Below are positions 39,987 to 48,308 of a DNA stretch of 64,000 nt, piece after piece. How positions within the stretch are numbered: the stretch's first letter is position 1; each line of letters begins with the position of its first letter. Position numbers and translations under genes: made by a program. This DNA is from an uncultured Gemmataceae bacterium (GTDB lineage: Bacteria > Planctomycetota > Planctomycetia > Gemmatales > Gemmataceae), in the NCBI GenBank assembly GCA_963750165.1, contig CAVVPN010000003.1, positions 1,920,001-1,984,000 of the forward strand, read 5' to 3'. Below the pieces are notes generated by a model that saw nothing but the letters and a program-made list of their open reading frames with translations, was not told the origin of the DNA and searched no databases.

Positions 39987-41516
39987 ATGAGTGTACCGAG
40001 AGAACAGCAACGGGCTTTGCTGCTGCGCGTGGCGCGGCAGGCGATGAGCGGGCGTGGCTTCGAGGCCGACTTCCCGGCCGCGGCGCTCGCCGCGGTACAG
40101 GGGCTCACGCCCCCGGTCGGCCCGTACGGCGCCGGGGTGCGCGACCTGCGGAACCTGCCGTGGTGCTCGATCGACAACATCGATTCGCGCGACCTCGATC
40201 AGCTCACCGTGGCCGAGGCGCTGGCTGGTGGCGGCACCAGGCTGCTGGTGGCGGTGGCCGACGTCAGCGCCGTGGTCGCGCCGGGCTCGGCGCTCGACAG
40301 GCATGCGGCTGTCAACACCACCTCGATCTACACCCCGCCGCAGAACTTTCCCATGTTGCCCGATCGGCTCAGCACGGACCTTACCTCCCTGGTCCGTGCC
40401 GAGGACCGGCTCGCCGTCGTGATCGATATGGTGATGGACGACGAGGGCGCGGGCGGAGCGTCGAGCGTCTACCTTGCGGTGGTACGCAACCAGGCCAAGC
40501 TCGCCTACCCGAGCGTGGGCGCATGGCTCGAGGGCGGGGGTGAAATGCCGGCGGCGGTCCAGGCGATCCCCGGACTGGCCGACAACCTCCAGCTCCAGGA
40601 CCGGGTGGCCCAGCGCCTCAAGGCCCGCCGTCACGAGCGCGGGGCGTTGGAACTCGAGACGGTCGAGGTCCGGACCCAGTTCGACGGCAATGCGGTGAGC
40701 GGGCTAACTGCCGAGAAACGCAATCGCGCCAAGGAGATCATCGAGGACTTCATGATCGCGGCCAACGGCGCGATCGCCCGCTTCCTTGAAGAGCGCCGTT
40801 TTCCGGTCTTGCGCCGCGTGGTGCGCTCGCCCGAGCGCTGGCAGCGCATCGTCGAGATCGCGCTCGGCCACGGGGAGAAACTGCCGCCCGCGCCCGACGC
40901 GAAGGCGCTGAACGACTTTCTCCTCAAGCAACGGTCGGCGGACCCGCTCCGCTTTGCCGACCTCTCGCTGTCAGTCATCAAGCTGCTCGGCCGGGGCGAA
41001 TACGCGGCCAGCTTCCCCGATCAGGCGGTAACCGGACATTTCGGCCTGGCCGTGAGCGAGTACACCCATTCGACCGCTCCCAACCGCCGCTACCCGGACC
41101 TCATCACGCAGCGGCTGCTCAAGGCGGCGCTGGCCGGGCGTGAAGTCCCTTACGCGCGCGACCAGCTCACCGCGCTGGCTGCCCACTGCACTCAGAAGGA
41201 GGACGACGCCCAGAAGGTCGAGCGGTTGATGCGCAAGGCCGCGGCGGCGTGCCTCCTCAGCGATCGGATCGGCCAGGAGTTCGACGGCATCGTCACCGGC
41301 GCATCACCCAAGGGAACGTGGGTGCGCGTCTTCGACCCACCCGTGGAGGGCCGCATCGAGCGGGGTGTGGAAGGGCTCGACGTCGGTGACCGGGTGCGAG
41401 TGAAACTCCTCCGCGCGGACCCGGAGCGCGGCTTCATCGACTTCGCCCGAAGTGGCCACAGCCGAGTCGGCCCCGGGAGCAGCGCCCAGACTGGTCCCGC
41501 AGCACAGCGACGGTAG
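39987..41516 (+). CDS. RNB-domain exoribonuclease (short RNase II/R family)
   Basis: SIDNIDSRDLDQ, IEDFMIAAN, YTHSTAPNRRYPDL, C-terminal S1-like domain. Confidence 0.9.
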   Translation: MSVPREQQRALLLRVARQAMSGRGFEADFPAAALAAVQGLTPPVGPYGAGVRDLRNLPWCSIDNIDSRDLDQLTVAEALAGGGTRLLVAVADVSAVVAPGSALDRHAAVNTTSIYTPPQNFPMLPDRLSTDLTSLVRAEDRLAVVIDMVMDDEGAGGASSVYLAVVRNQAKLAYPSVGAWLEGGGEMPAAVQAIPGLADNLQLQDRVAQRLKARRHERGALELETVEVRTQFDGNAVSGLTAEKRNRAKEIIEDFMIAANGAIARFLEERRFPVLRRVVRSPERWQRIVEIALGHGEKLPPAPDAKALNDFLLKQRSADPLRFADLSLSVIKLLGRGEYAASFPDQAVTGHFGLAVSEYTHSTAPNRRYPDLITQRLLKAALAGREVPYARDQLTALAAHCTQKEDDAQKVERLMRKAAAACLLSDRIGQEFDGIVTGASPKGTWVRVFDPPVEGRIERGVEGLDVGDRVRVKLLRADPERGFIDFARSGHSRVGPGSSAQTGPAAQRR

Positions 41517-41957
41517 TGCGGCCGCCTCGGCATCTCGACCCGGGCGCGGAACGGCGACGTCCAATGAGCCGGACACGACCTCATGGGGGTGTCAGCCGAA
41601 CTCCTCCGTTGCCACTCTCTTCCTCGGGGATCGTCATCCAGGCACGGCCCGAGTGAGGGCACTCTGGCGACCACGCTGCATGAGGACTTGTAGCCGGCCG
41701 ACGAGGGCAACAGCGAGGGACGTCCGTGGAGCCATACCCACGTCTGACTGCAAGTCAAGCACATGGGTGTGACCGCGACGGCCGTGGCATTGTTCTTCAC
41801 AGAAGTAGCCGCGGCACCCGCGGTGTGCGTTTTCGCCCACCACCGTTGGCCACTCCAGTGGGCGTAAGTCTGGCCAACGGGCATGCAGCGGTGACAGCAC
41901 GACGCAAGCCTTGACAGAACAATATCTTGTGACATTCTATCTTGTTTGTCTGTCATT

Positions 41958-41973
41958 TGGCATGCGACGTGCC
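41958..41973 (+). promoter_or_regulatory. sigma54-type promoter upstream of DUF2294, flanked by TGACA/TGTCA boxes
   Basis: TGGCATG-cgac-GTGCC (GG-N10-GC). Confidence 0.55.
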
Positions 41974-42123
41974 CACCAACAGTTGACAAGTGACAAGGAG
42001 CGACCGTCCCTGTGGATGTGTTACCGGCACGGAGATTACCTGATGACCCAGGTTGTATCACAACGTATAGCCTACCGCCCGTGTAGGCCTGCGACTGCGC
42101 ATTGGGACAGTTCTGAGGTCCCC

Positions 42124-42504
42124 ATGAAAACCCAGGGCGAGATCGAAGCCGCCATATGCGACGGGATCAGCCGCTTCCAGCAAGACTACATGGGCCGCGG
42201 CCCCAAAGACATCCGCGCCTACTTGATAGGTGACTTCCTCGTGGTCCGCCTCCGGGGCGTTCTGACCGTGCCCGAACAGCAACTGGGCAAGTCGCTGCCG
42301 GCCGAGAAGGGACGGGACCTGGTCAAACAGGTACGCACGCAGCTGATCGAACTGACGCGGCCGGTCCTGGAGGCGATGATCCAGGAGGTCACAGGCGTCA
42401 AGGTGGTGAGCCTGCACCACGACATCAGCACCGTGACTGGAGAAGAGGTCGTGGTCTTCACCCTGGCCCAGTCGCCTGATTACCGGCGGCCGAAGAAACA
42501 CTAG
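42124..42504 (+). CDS. DUF2294 (MpsC-like) protein
   Basis: MKTQGEIEAAI, YMGRGPKDI, GRDLVKQVR, SLHHDISTVTGEEV. Confidence 0.9.
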   Translation: MKTQGEIEAAICDGISRFQQDYMGRGPKDIRAYLIGDFLVVRLRGVLTVPEQQLGKSLPAEKGRDLVKQVRTQLIELTRPVLEAMIQEVTGVKVVSLHHDISTVTGEEVVVFTLAQSPDYRRPKKH

Positions 42505-42532
42505 GCATCGCCCCAAAGGGAGAGACCAGACC

Positions 42533-42817
42533 ATGTGGAACCTTCTCGTCTTCGCCGTCATCGGCGTGCTCACTGGCGCCGCTGCCCGGGTGTTGTACCC
42601 GGGACGGCAATCCATGCACATCCTGGGCACCATGCTCATTGGCATCATCGGCGCCGTGGCCGGCGGTGTGACTTCCTGGATTTGGTGGCCGGCCGTGGAG
42701 GGTGTCTTTCTTACCGGCAACCTCGTCCTGTCGCTCCTTGGGGCCACGATGGTGATTGTTCTGTGGGCCGGTGTCGTTTACAAGCGAAGCCTCCGAGGGG
42801 TGAGGAACTCGTCCTAA
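42533..42817 (+). CDS. GlsB/YeaQ/YmgE-like membrane protein
   Basis: VIGVLTGAAAR.LYPG.....LGTMLIGIIGAVAGG. Confidence 0.78.
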   Translation: MWNLLVFAVIGVLTGAAARVLYPGRQSMHILGTMLIGIIGAVAGGVTSWIWWPAVEGVFLTGNLVLSLLGATMVIVLWAGVVYKRSLRGVRNSS

Positions 42818-42879
42818 TGACGAACGGGTTTAGTTCAGGGCCGAAATCGGCCTGGTTTTCGCCCAGGGAGGGAAAGATC

Positions 42880-42972
42880 ATGGGTACTCTCGAGATCGTC
42901 CTCTTGATCGTCGTGCTGCTGGTTCTGTTCGGCGGCGGTGGCGGCTATTATTGGAGCCGCCGTGGGCGGTAA
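42880..42972 (+). CDS. 30-aa single-TM protein (DUF3309-like)
   Basis: MGTLEIVLLIVVLLVLFGGGGGYYWSRRGR; GGAGG RBS. Confidence 0.65.
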   Translation: MGTLEIVLLIVVLLVLFGGGGGYYWSRRGR

Positions 42973-43107
42973 GGATTCTCTGGCCTGTCGCAGGTTTTCC
43001 TGCGACAGGCAACCTGCACAGCAGGACCAGGCACGTGCATTCGCCAAAGTAAACTCCCGGCTACCACCAGGCTGCCGGGTGATCTCAGGATCAAAAGGAG
43101 CGAAATA

Positions 43108-43515
43108 ATGACCAAACACCACGACAAACATTCAACCGGAGCGCACGCTGGCCCAGGCAAACCGACGACCCCAACGCAGGCCGCCGCCGCCTTCAGCGAC
43201 AACGTCCACACCGGAAAGCGGGTTTCGGACGAGGACATTCGGCTTCGTGCCTACCAGAGATGGGAGGCCGCTGGAAAGCCGGCCGGGGACGGTATCCAGT
43301 TCTGGCTGGAAGCGGAGCAAGAGCAGGTGGAAGGTCAGAATGAGAAGTTCGTCCAGCGGGGCAGCTGGCCCGGACATCGCGAGCGGGAAAGGCTGGAGGC
43401 CGAGAGGGCGGCGGTCAACGAGCGCAATGTGAGCGAGGACAGTCACTACCGGGACAACAACAGGATGTTCCAGAGCCACGGGGAACGGGGCCATCGACGC
43501 GGTGGCAGCGGCTGA
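43108..43515 (+). CDS. DUF2934 domain protein
   Basis: EDIRLRAYQRWEAAGKPAGDGIQFWLEAEQE; AAGGAG RBS. Confidence 0.85.
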   Translation: MTKHHDKHSTGAHAGPGKPTTPTQAAAAFSDNVHTGKRVSDEDIRLRAYQRWEAAGKPAGDGIQFWLEAEQEQVEGQNEKFVQRGSWPGHRERERLEAERAAVNERNVSEDSHYRDNNRMFQSHGERGHRRGGSG

Positions 43516-43565
43516 GCCACGCAATGGAAGAAGCGGAGGCGGGGTTGCGGCCGCGCCTCTCGCTG

Positions 43566-43822
43566 ATGTCCACAATCTCGGAGGAAGGCGCCCAACTTCA
43601 CGCGAAGCAGACTTCTTGGAAACTGATCTTCGCCCAGTTGTACGATCTGCCACGCAAGAAGGGTGCGGCCCGCATCGACAAGGCGTTGACCCCGGCAGGC
43701 CCTCAAGACGCGGCACACCACCTGGTGAACACCTACTCGGGGTGGATTTCCTCGTGATGGTCGCCACCACCGGCATCCTCACGCTCATCGGCGCCTGGTT
43801 CTACCCGCGCCTGGCCCAGTAA
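43566..43822 (+). pseudogene. Fused remnants of an ABC transporter ATPase and a permease
   Basis: LIFAQLYDLPR...ARID.AL...DAAHHLVNTYSG joined to a hydrophobic C-terminus ending YPRLAQ*. Confidence 0.55.
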
Positions 43823-43939
43823 GCGCAACGATTATGGGTGTTGCTGGTAACGTGTTGCATCATGCCCAAGGGAGACGACCTGAGCCAGACGCCGAATCCC
43901 GACCCGGTCGCCGGGCAGCCTCAGGGGGCACGGCGTGTG

Positions 43940-44145
43940 GAACCGGTTGACGAGGCCCTCGCAGAAGCTCTGAGCCAGAATTAGTCCAATCGTCGTGGGC
44001 CCCGAGACGCCGCCGAACGCAATCAGGGCCAGAAGCCCGACTTCGACCATGAAGAGCGTCTGGGTAACGACAAGCAGCCTGTGCCGGTCCCACCGATCGA
44101 CCACGATGCCGGCAAACGGGGCGAGGAAGAATGCCGGGGCGGCGG
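43940..44145 (-). pseudogene. MFS transporter internal fragment
   Basis: PAFFLAPFAGIVVDRWDRHRLLVVTQ (MFS motif A). Confidence 0.75.
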
Positions 44146-44196
44146 GCGCGCCTGAATCCAGGTCAGGCGCGCTAGCCCTCGACTGCCTTCCTCGGT

Positions 44197-45285
44197 CTAA
44201 CTGGTCGGCCCCTGTCCGTTCACCCGCCTCATGGCGTCCGCGAGGTGCGATCGCTGCCCCGCGAGATGGACGTAATGCTCGGTGATGCGCGTGGTCGTGT
44301 GGCCCATCAGCTCGGCCAGCGTCTTGATGTCCACCCCGCTCACCACCGCGCGCGTGCCGAAAGCGTGACGCAACCCGTAGAGCTTCACCTCCTCCGGAAT
44401 GCCCGCCTTCTCCCGCGCCCGCTGCATCCGTAGCGACAGGCTGCACCGGTTCCAAGGCGTGCCTCGGTGATTGTGGAACACGTGATCGCCGGGCTCGCAC
44501 CTCTTCCGGATGGCGATTAGCAGGTCCACCAGTTCGGGGACCAGCGGGATCACCCGGGGTTTCGGCTCGCGCTGCATCCGGGAGGTCTTGTGCCGCTTCA
44601 AGACGATGAGCGCGTTGTCGAGGTCGATGTCAGGCCAGGTCAGCCGACTCGCTTCGCATGTCCTTGCGCCCGAGAGGCGAAGGAACCGCAGCAGCTCGCG
44701 GAAGCGGTCGGCGGGGGAGGGGGTTTGGCGGCTCTTTCGCCCCTCGCAGCCGACCAGCAGCTTCTCGAACTCGTCGTCGGTCATGGGCCTACGCGGCTCC
44801 CCGACGCGGTGGGAGACGCCGCGGAAGGGGTTGGCCGCGATGAGCCGTTGACGCACGGCCCAGTTGAACGGCCGATGCACGATGGCGACGACATGGGCCT
44901 TGGTCCAATCGCTCTTCAGCGTGTCGCAGGATTGGAGCCACGAGGTGAGGTGGAAGGGCTTTGCGTCGAGGTCGTTCGCCTTCCTGAAGCCGTGGGCCTC
45001 GGCGAAGGACTGGAGGTAGAGTTTCCGCTCATAGAGCGTCCGCTCGTCCAGGAGCTTCCCCGCGTGGCGCAGGTAAAGCTCGATGACGCCGGCGACGGTC
45101 AGTTCTTCAGAGTCGGGCGTGGGGGACTTATCCCGCACGGCCTGAAGTTCGCGGAGAAGGCGTTTCGCCTCTTCGCGGTGGGCAGAGTCTTTGGGACCCT
45201 TCACGAGCTTGTGACGGACGCCGTCGAGGACGGCCATCCACCAGCCGGTCTGTTTTCTGTACCAGGGCTTCGGATCGCGAGCCAC
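44197..45285 (-). CDS. Tyrosine recombinase / phage-type integrase
   Basis: SGARTCE, HKT, YGLRHAFGT, LMGH..TRITEHY catalytic residues; GGAGG RBS. Confidence 0.93.
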   Translation of the reverse strand: MARDPKPWYRKQTGWWMAVLDGVRHKLVKGPKDSAHREEAKRLLRELQAVRDKSPTPDSEELTVAGVIELYLRHAGKLLDERTLYERKLYLQSFAEAHGFRKANDLDAKPFHLTSWLQSCDTLKSDWTKAHVVAIVHRPFNWAVRQRLIAANPFRGVSHRVGEPRRPMTDDEFEKLLVGCEGRKSRQTPSPADRFRELLRFLRLSGARTCEASRLTWPDIDLDNALIVLKRHKTSRMQREPKPRVIPLVPELVDLLIAIRKRCEPGDHVFHNHRGTPWNRCSLSLRMQRAREKAGIPEEVKLYGLRHAFGTRAVVSGVDIKTLAELMGHTTTRITEHYVHLAGQRSHLADAMRRVNGQGPTS

Positions 45286-45348
45286 GGCAGCACCTCCAGT
45301 TCCCTTGGGAAACCATGAGTGCGGGAGACCGAAAGGTCTGCCGTGCTT

Positions 45349-45385
45349 GGCCCCGGTGATTCGCAGTCACCGGGGCCTTTTTCTT
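45349..45385 (+). terminator. Intrinsic terminator on the + strand between the integrase and the tRNA
   Basis: GGCCCCGGTGA / TCACCGGGGCC followed by TTTTTCTTT. Confidence 0.65.
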
Positions 45386-45394
45386 TGACGCGAA

Positions 45395-45467
45395 TGGGCG
45401 TTGCTGGATTTGAACCAGCGACTCCCGCCGTGTGAGGACGGTACTCTAGCCACTGAGTTAAACGCCC
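45395..45467 (-). tRNA. tRNA-Val(CAC)
   Basis: GGGCGTT/AACGCCC acceptor stem, D loop AGTGGCTA, anticodon loop CT-CAC-AC, T loop TTCAAAT; no encoded CCA. Confidence 0.95.
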
Positions 45468-45548
45468 GACGGCGAAGTGTGCATTATTCTGTGCATGCCT
45501 CGCCGTAACTTCTTACTGTTTCTATCCTTACGCTCGGCGCTTAACATT

Positions 45549-45731
45549 GTGGGAGGATAGCAATTGCAGAGAGGAGATGACGATGCCTAATCGACCGCCT
45601 AAACCCCATTCAGGAGAGTGCAGTCGCGAATTCGCCGGAAAAGACCCCGGAGACTCAGGTTGCGTTATTCTATAGATTCCAGGCAGTCCATGGAAAGGGC
45701 AGTTTTCCAGGGATTTCCGTGCAATTCAGTG
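45549..45731 (+). repeat. Dispersed repeat, copy 2 (homologous to 15543-15639, with ~85 bp extra)
   Basis: GCAGTTTTCCAGGGATTTCCGTGCAATTCAGTG exact at 45699-45731. Confidence 0.85.
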
Positions 45732-45736
45732 CAAAG

Positions 45737-45858
45737 ACGGCGAGCCGGGTACTCCGCTGCCCAAAAAAGGGTTGGCCTGGTGGGACGTGCCGAGGTAGGG
45801 GACGTGCTTGCCGCCCCTGATGTCCAGCGTGCGGATCGTCACGGTGCGGTTCGGCACG
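45737..45858 (-). pseudogene. Fragment of a PEP-protein phosphotransferase (PTS enzyme I-like)
   Basis: VTIRTLDIRGGKHVPYL....ANPFLG resembles the RTLDIGGDK...NPFLG motif. Confidence 0.6.
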
Positions 45859-45979
45859 TTCGGGCACGTTCGGCCCTCGCCCTCTGCTCGGCAAGCCTCT
45901 CGTCGCGTCTCTCATATCAGGCGGGAAGAGGAGTAGAAATCGAGAACCGGAATGGGCAAGGGGCATTTTGCGGGAGTCT

Positions 45980-48235
45980 TTACGTCCGGCCGCGGACCAA
46001 TCCGACGACCGACCGAGAGCGGACGACGTAAAATGCAGACCCCACGCATGGCCCGTCCGCCGGTTCATGAAAGTCGTCCGGGCTGGCCAACGCCGTGTCG
46101 AAGATCTGCTGCCATTCGCCGGGCTGCCCTTCCTGGATCTGGAAGGTTTCTTCCCTGTCCGAAGCATTGATCATCACGTACAGATCGGCGTCTTGCTGCG
46201 AAGCCCCGTACAGGTAAACCGCCAGCGTGCGCGAACCAGGTCCCATGTCTGTCAGAAGCGGTTTGAAAGTATACCACTTTCGCGGAGCCAGTTGAGCCAC
46301 CCTCGGAGAGGGTGTGGTCGCCGTAAGTCCAAGTACGGGTTCCTCTTCTCTGTTGCCGGTCGCTGGAAAAGGGCCTGCGGGGTGGCTCACTTCTGGCCGC
46401 GAAAATGGTACACTTTCTGGCCGCGATTGACACATGTCTACTGCAGGGCCGGTGCCAAACCAGCGCACGTCATCGCGCCAGAACCGGCTCCGGCCCAGCG
46501 AGGGGTGGGCCTTGCGGAAGCCGATCATGCAGCGGAAGAATCGAAAGACATCCCGGTTGACGTGGAGCCGGTCCCAGTCCAGCCAGCTGGTCGCATTGTC
46601 CTGGTTGTACGGATTGTTGTTGCCGCCCTGCGTTTGCAGAAACTCGTCGCCGGCGCGGAGCATCGGCGTGCCGTTTGCCAAGAGCAAGAGGCAGCAGAAG
46701 TTCTTGGCTTGGCGCTGACGCAGTTGCTGAACCTCGGCCGGGGTTCTGTCGTTTCCCTCCCACCCGCAGTTCCAGCTGTAGTTTTGCTCCGGGCCGTCCG
46801 TGTTGTCGTGGCCGTTGGCCTGGTTGCGTTTCCGGTCGTAGGACACGAGGTCGTGCAGGGTGAAGCCGTCGTGGGACGTGACATAGTTGACGCTCTGGTA
46901 GGGATGGAATGCATGCATGCGGTCGTCCGGGAACAGGTCATCGCTGCCATAGAGCCGCTGCATGAGGGCCGGCACGAGGCCGGGATCACCCCGCATGAAG
47001 CGGCGCACGTCGTCACGGAACCGGCCGTTCCACTGGAACCACCGCGTGGCGGGGAAACTGCGGCCCAGTTGGTAGGCCCCCGCGGCGTCCCACGGTTCGG
47101 CGATCAGACGGATGTCCGCCAGATCGGGGTCCGAGAGGATGTCGCCGAAGATCGGCGGGTCCTTCAGATTGAGCGAGCCGTCTTCGTTGCGGGCGAAGAC
47201 CGAGGCAAGGTCAAACCGAAAGCCATCGACGTGCATTTCTTTGACCCAGTAGCGCAAGCTGTCCACGATCATCTTGCGCACAAACCGGTTGGCACAGTGC
47301 AGGGTGTTCCCAGCTCCAGAGAAGTTCTCGTAAGGGCTTTCTGGCCTGCCTGACATAAGGTAGTAGGTGCTGTTGTCGATTCCCTTGTAGCTGTAGACCG
47401 GGCCGGTCTGGTCGCCTTCCGCCGTGTGGTTATAGACCACATCGAGGATGACCTCGATGTCCGCGGCGTGGAGCGCCTTGACCATTGTGCGGAACGCGTT
47501 GTGCTGGTCGCAATCTTCCGGTTGGCTACCGTAGGCGTGGTGCGGGGCGAAAAAGCTCAGCGGCATGTAACCCCAGTAGTTGCCCTCCTGGGGATCGAAT
47601 TGAAAGATGGGCATAAGTTCGACCGCGGTGACGCCTAGGTCTTTGAGATACGGAATCTTCTCGACCAGCCCCGCGAAGGTGCCGCGCCGCTCTGGACGCA
47701 CGCCGGAGTTCGGGTTGTTCGTGAACCCGCGAACGTGCAACTCGTAAATGATGGTATCCGACTCGTGTCGGGGTCGCCAGTCCTCGCCCCAGTCGAACAC
47801 CTCGCCGGCGCGAGCGAGCAGGCCCAGCGGTGCCTTGCCCGCGTTTGACCCGGGATGCGAGGCCGCTGCCCGATCAAAGGCCGGGGGGAAGAAGACTGAC
47901 TTCGCGTAGGGGTCCAGGAGGATCTTGTCCGGATCGAAGCAATGCCGCGCGAAGCCGCCCTGGGGGGCGGGACCTCCTAGCAAGTAGGCGTAGAAGCGAG
48001 CGCCGTGGAGGTCGGCCCGCGCGAGTCGGCAGTGCCAAACCCTGCCTGACTTGTTGCGGAGGTAGTCGAAGGGGAAAGTGAAGACGGGAGTGACTAGGTC
48101 CGCTTCCGCATAGAGCAGCAGCGTAACGCTTTCCGCGTGCTTGGAATACAGGGCGAAGTTCCACGCCTGGGCGCTTTCGATCCAGGTGGCACCCAGCGGA
48201 ACAGGAGACCCTTCCGCCGCGCTCCAGTCCGACAT
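45980..48235 (-). CDS. glgX: Glycogen debranching enzyme (isoamylase) containing an in-frame MITE
   Basis: NYWGY, DVVYNHTAEG, DGFRFDLAS, AEPWD, HDGFTL.DLVSY, GNNNPYNQDN. Confidence 0.92.
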   Translation of the reverse strand: MSDWSAAEGSPVPLGATWIESAQAWNFALYSKHAESVTLLLYAEADLVTPVFTFPFDYLRNKSGRVWHCRLARADLHGARFYAYLLGGPAPQGGFARHCFDPDKILLDPYAKSVFFPPAFDRAAASHPGSNAGKAPLGLLARAGEVFDWGEDWRPRHESDTIIYELHVRGFTNNPNSGVRPERRGTFAGLVEKIPYLKDLGVTAVELMPIFQFDPQEGNYWGYMPLSFFAPHHAYGSQPEDCDQHNAFRTMVKALHAADIEVILDVVYNHTAEGDQTGPVYSYKGIDNSTYYLMSGRPESPYENFSGAGNTLHCANRFVRKMIVDSLRYWVKEMHVDGFRFDLASVFARNEDGSLNLKDPPIFGDILSDPDLADIRLIAEPWDAAGAYQLGRSFPATRWFQWNGRFRDDVRRFMRGDPGLVPALMQRLYGSDDLFPDDRMHAFHPYQSVNYVTSHDGFTLHDLVSYDRKRNQANGHDNTDGPEQNYSWNCGWEGNDRTPAEVQQLRQRQAKNFCCLLLLANGTPMLRAGDEFLQTQGGNNNPYNQDNATSWLDWDRLHVNRDVFRFFRCMIGFRKAHPSLGRSRFWRDDVRWFGTGPAVDMCQSRPESVPFSRPEVSHPAGPFPATGNREEEPVLGLTATTPSPRVAQLAPRKWYTFKPLLTDMGPGSRTLAVYLYGASQQDADLYVMINASDREETFQIQEGQPGEWQQIFDTALASPDDFHEPADGPCVGSAFYVVRSRSVVGLVRGRT
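46250..46432. mobile_element. 183-bp non-autonomous IS21-type miniature element with 6-bp TSD CATGTC
   Basis: TGTCA...TGACA ends; ~50-bp imperfect TIRs with tandem sub-repeats; CATGTC at 46244-46249 and 46433-46438. Confidence 0.88.
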
Positions 48236-48308
48236 AGTCCCTCCCGCTTCTGCTTTGGCCGCGCGTGACCGTGAACCCATCCAATCCGAATGAAGCGGCC
48301 CTCGCTTT

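Noticed and set aside
43029..43045. sigma54-like GGCACG upstream of the second DUF2934
   Set aside because: GG-to-GC spacing is 11 rather than the strict 10
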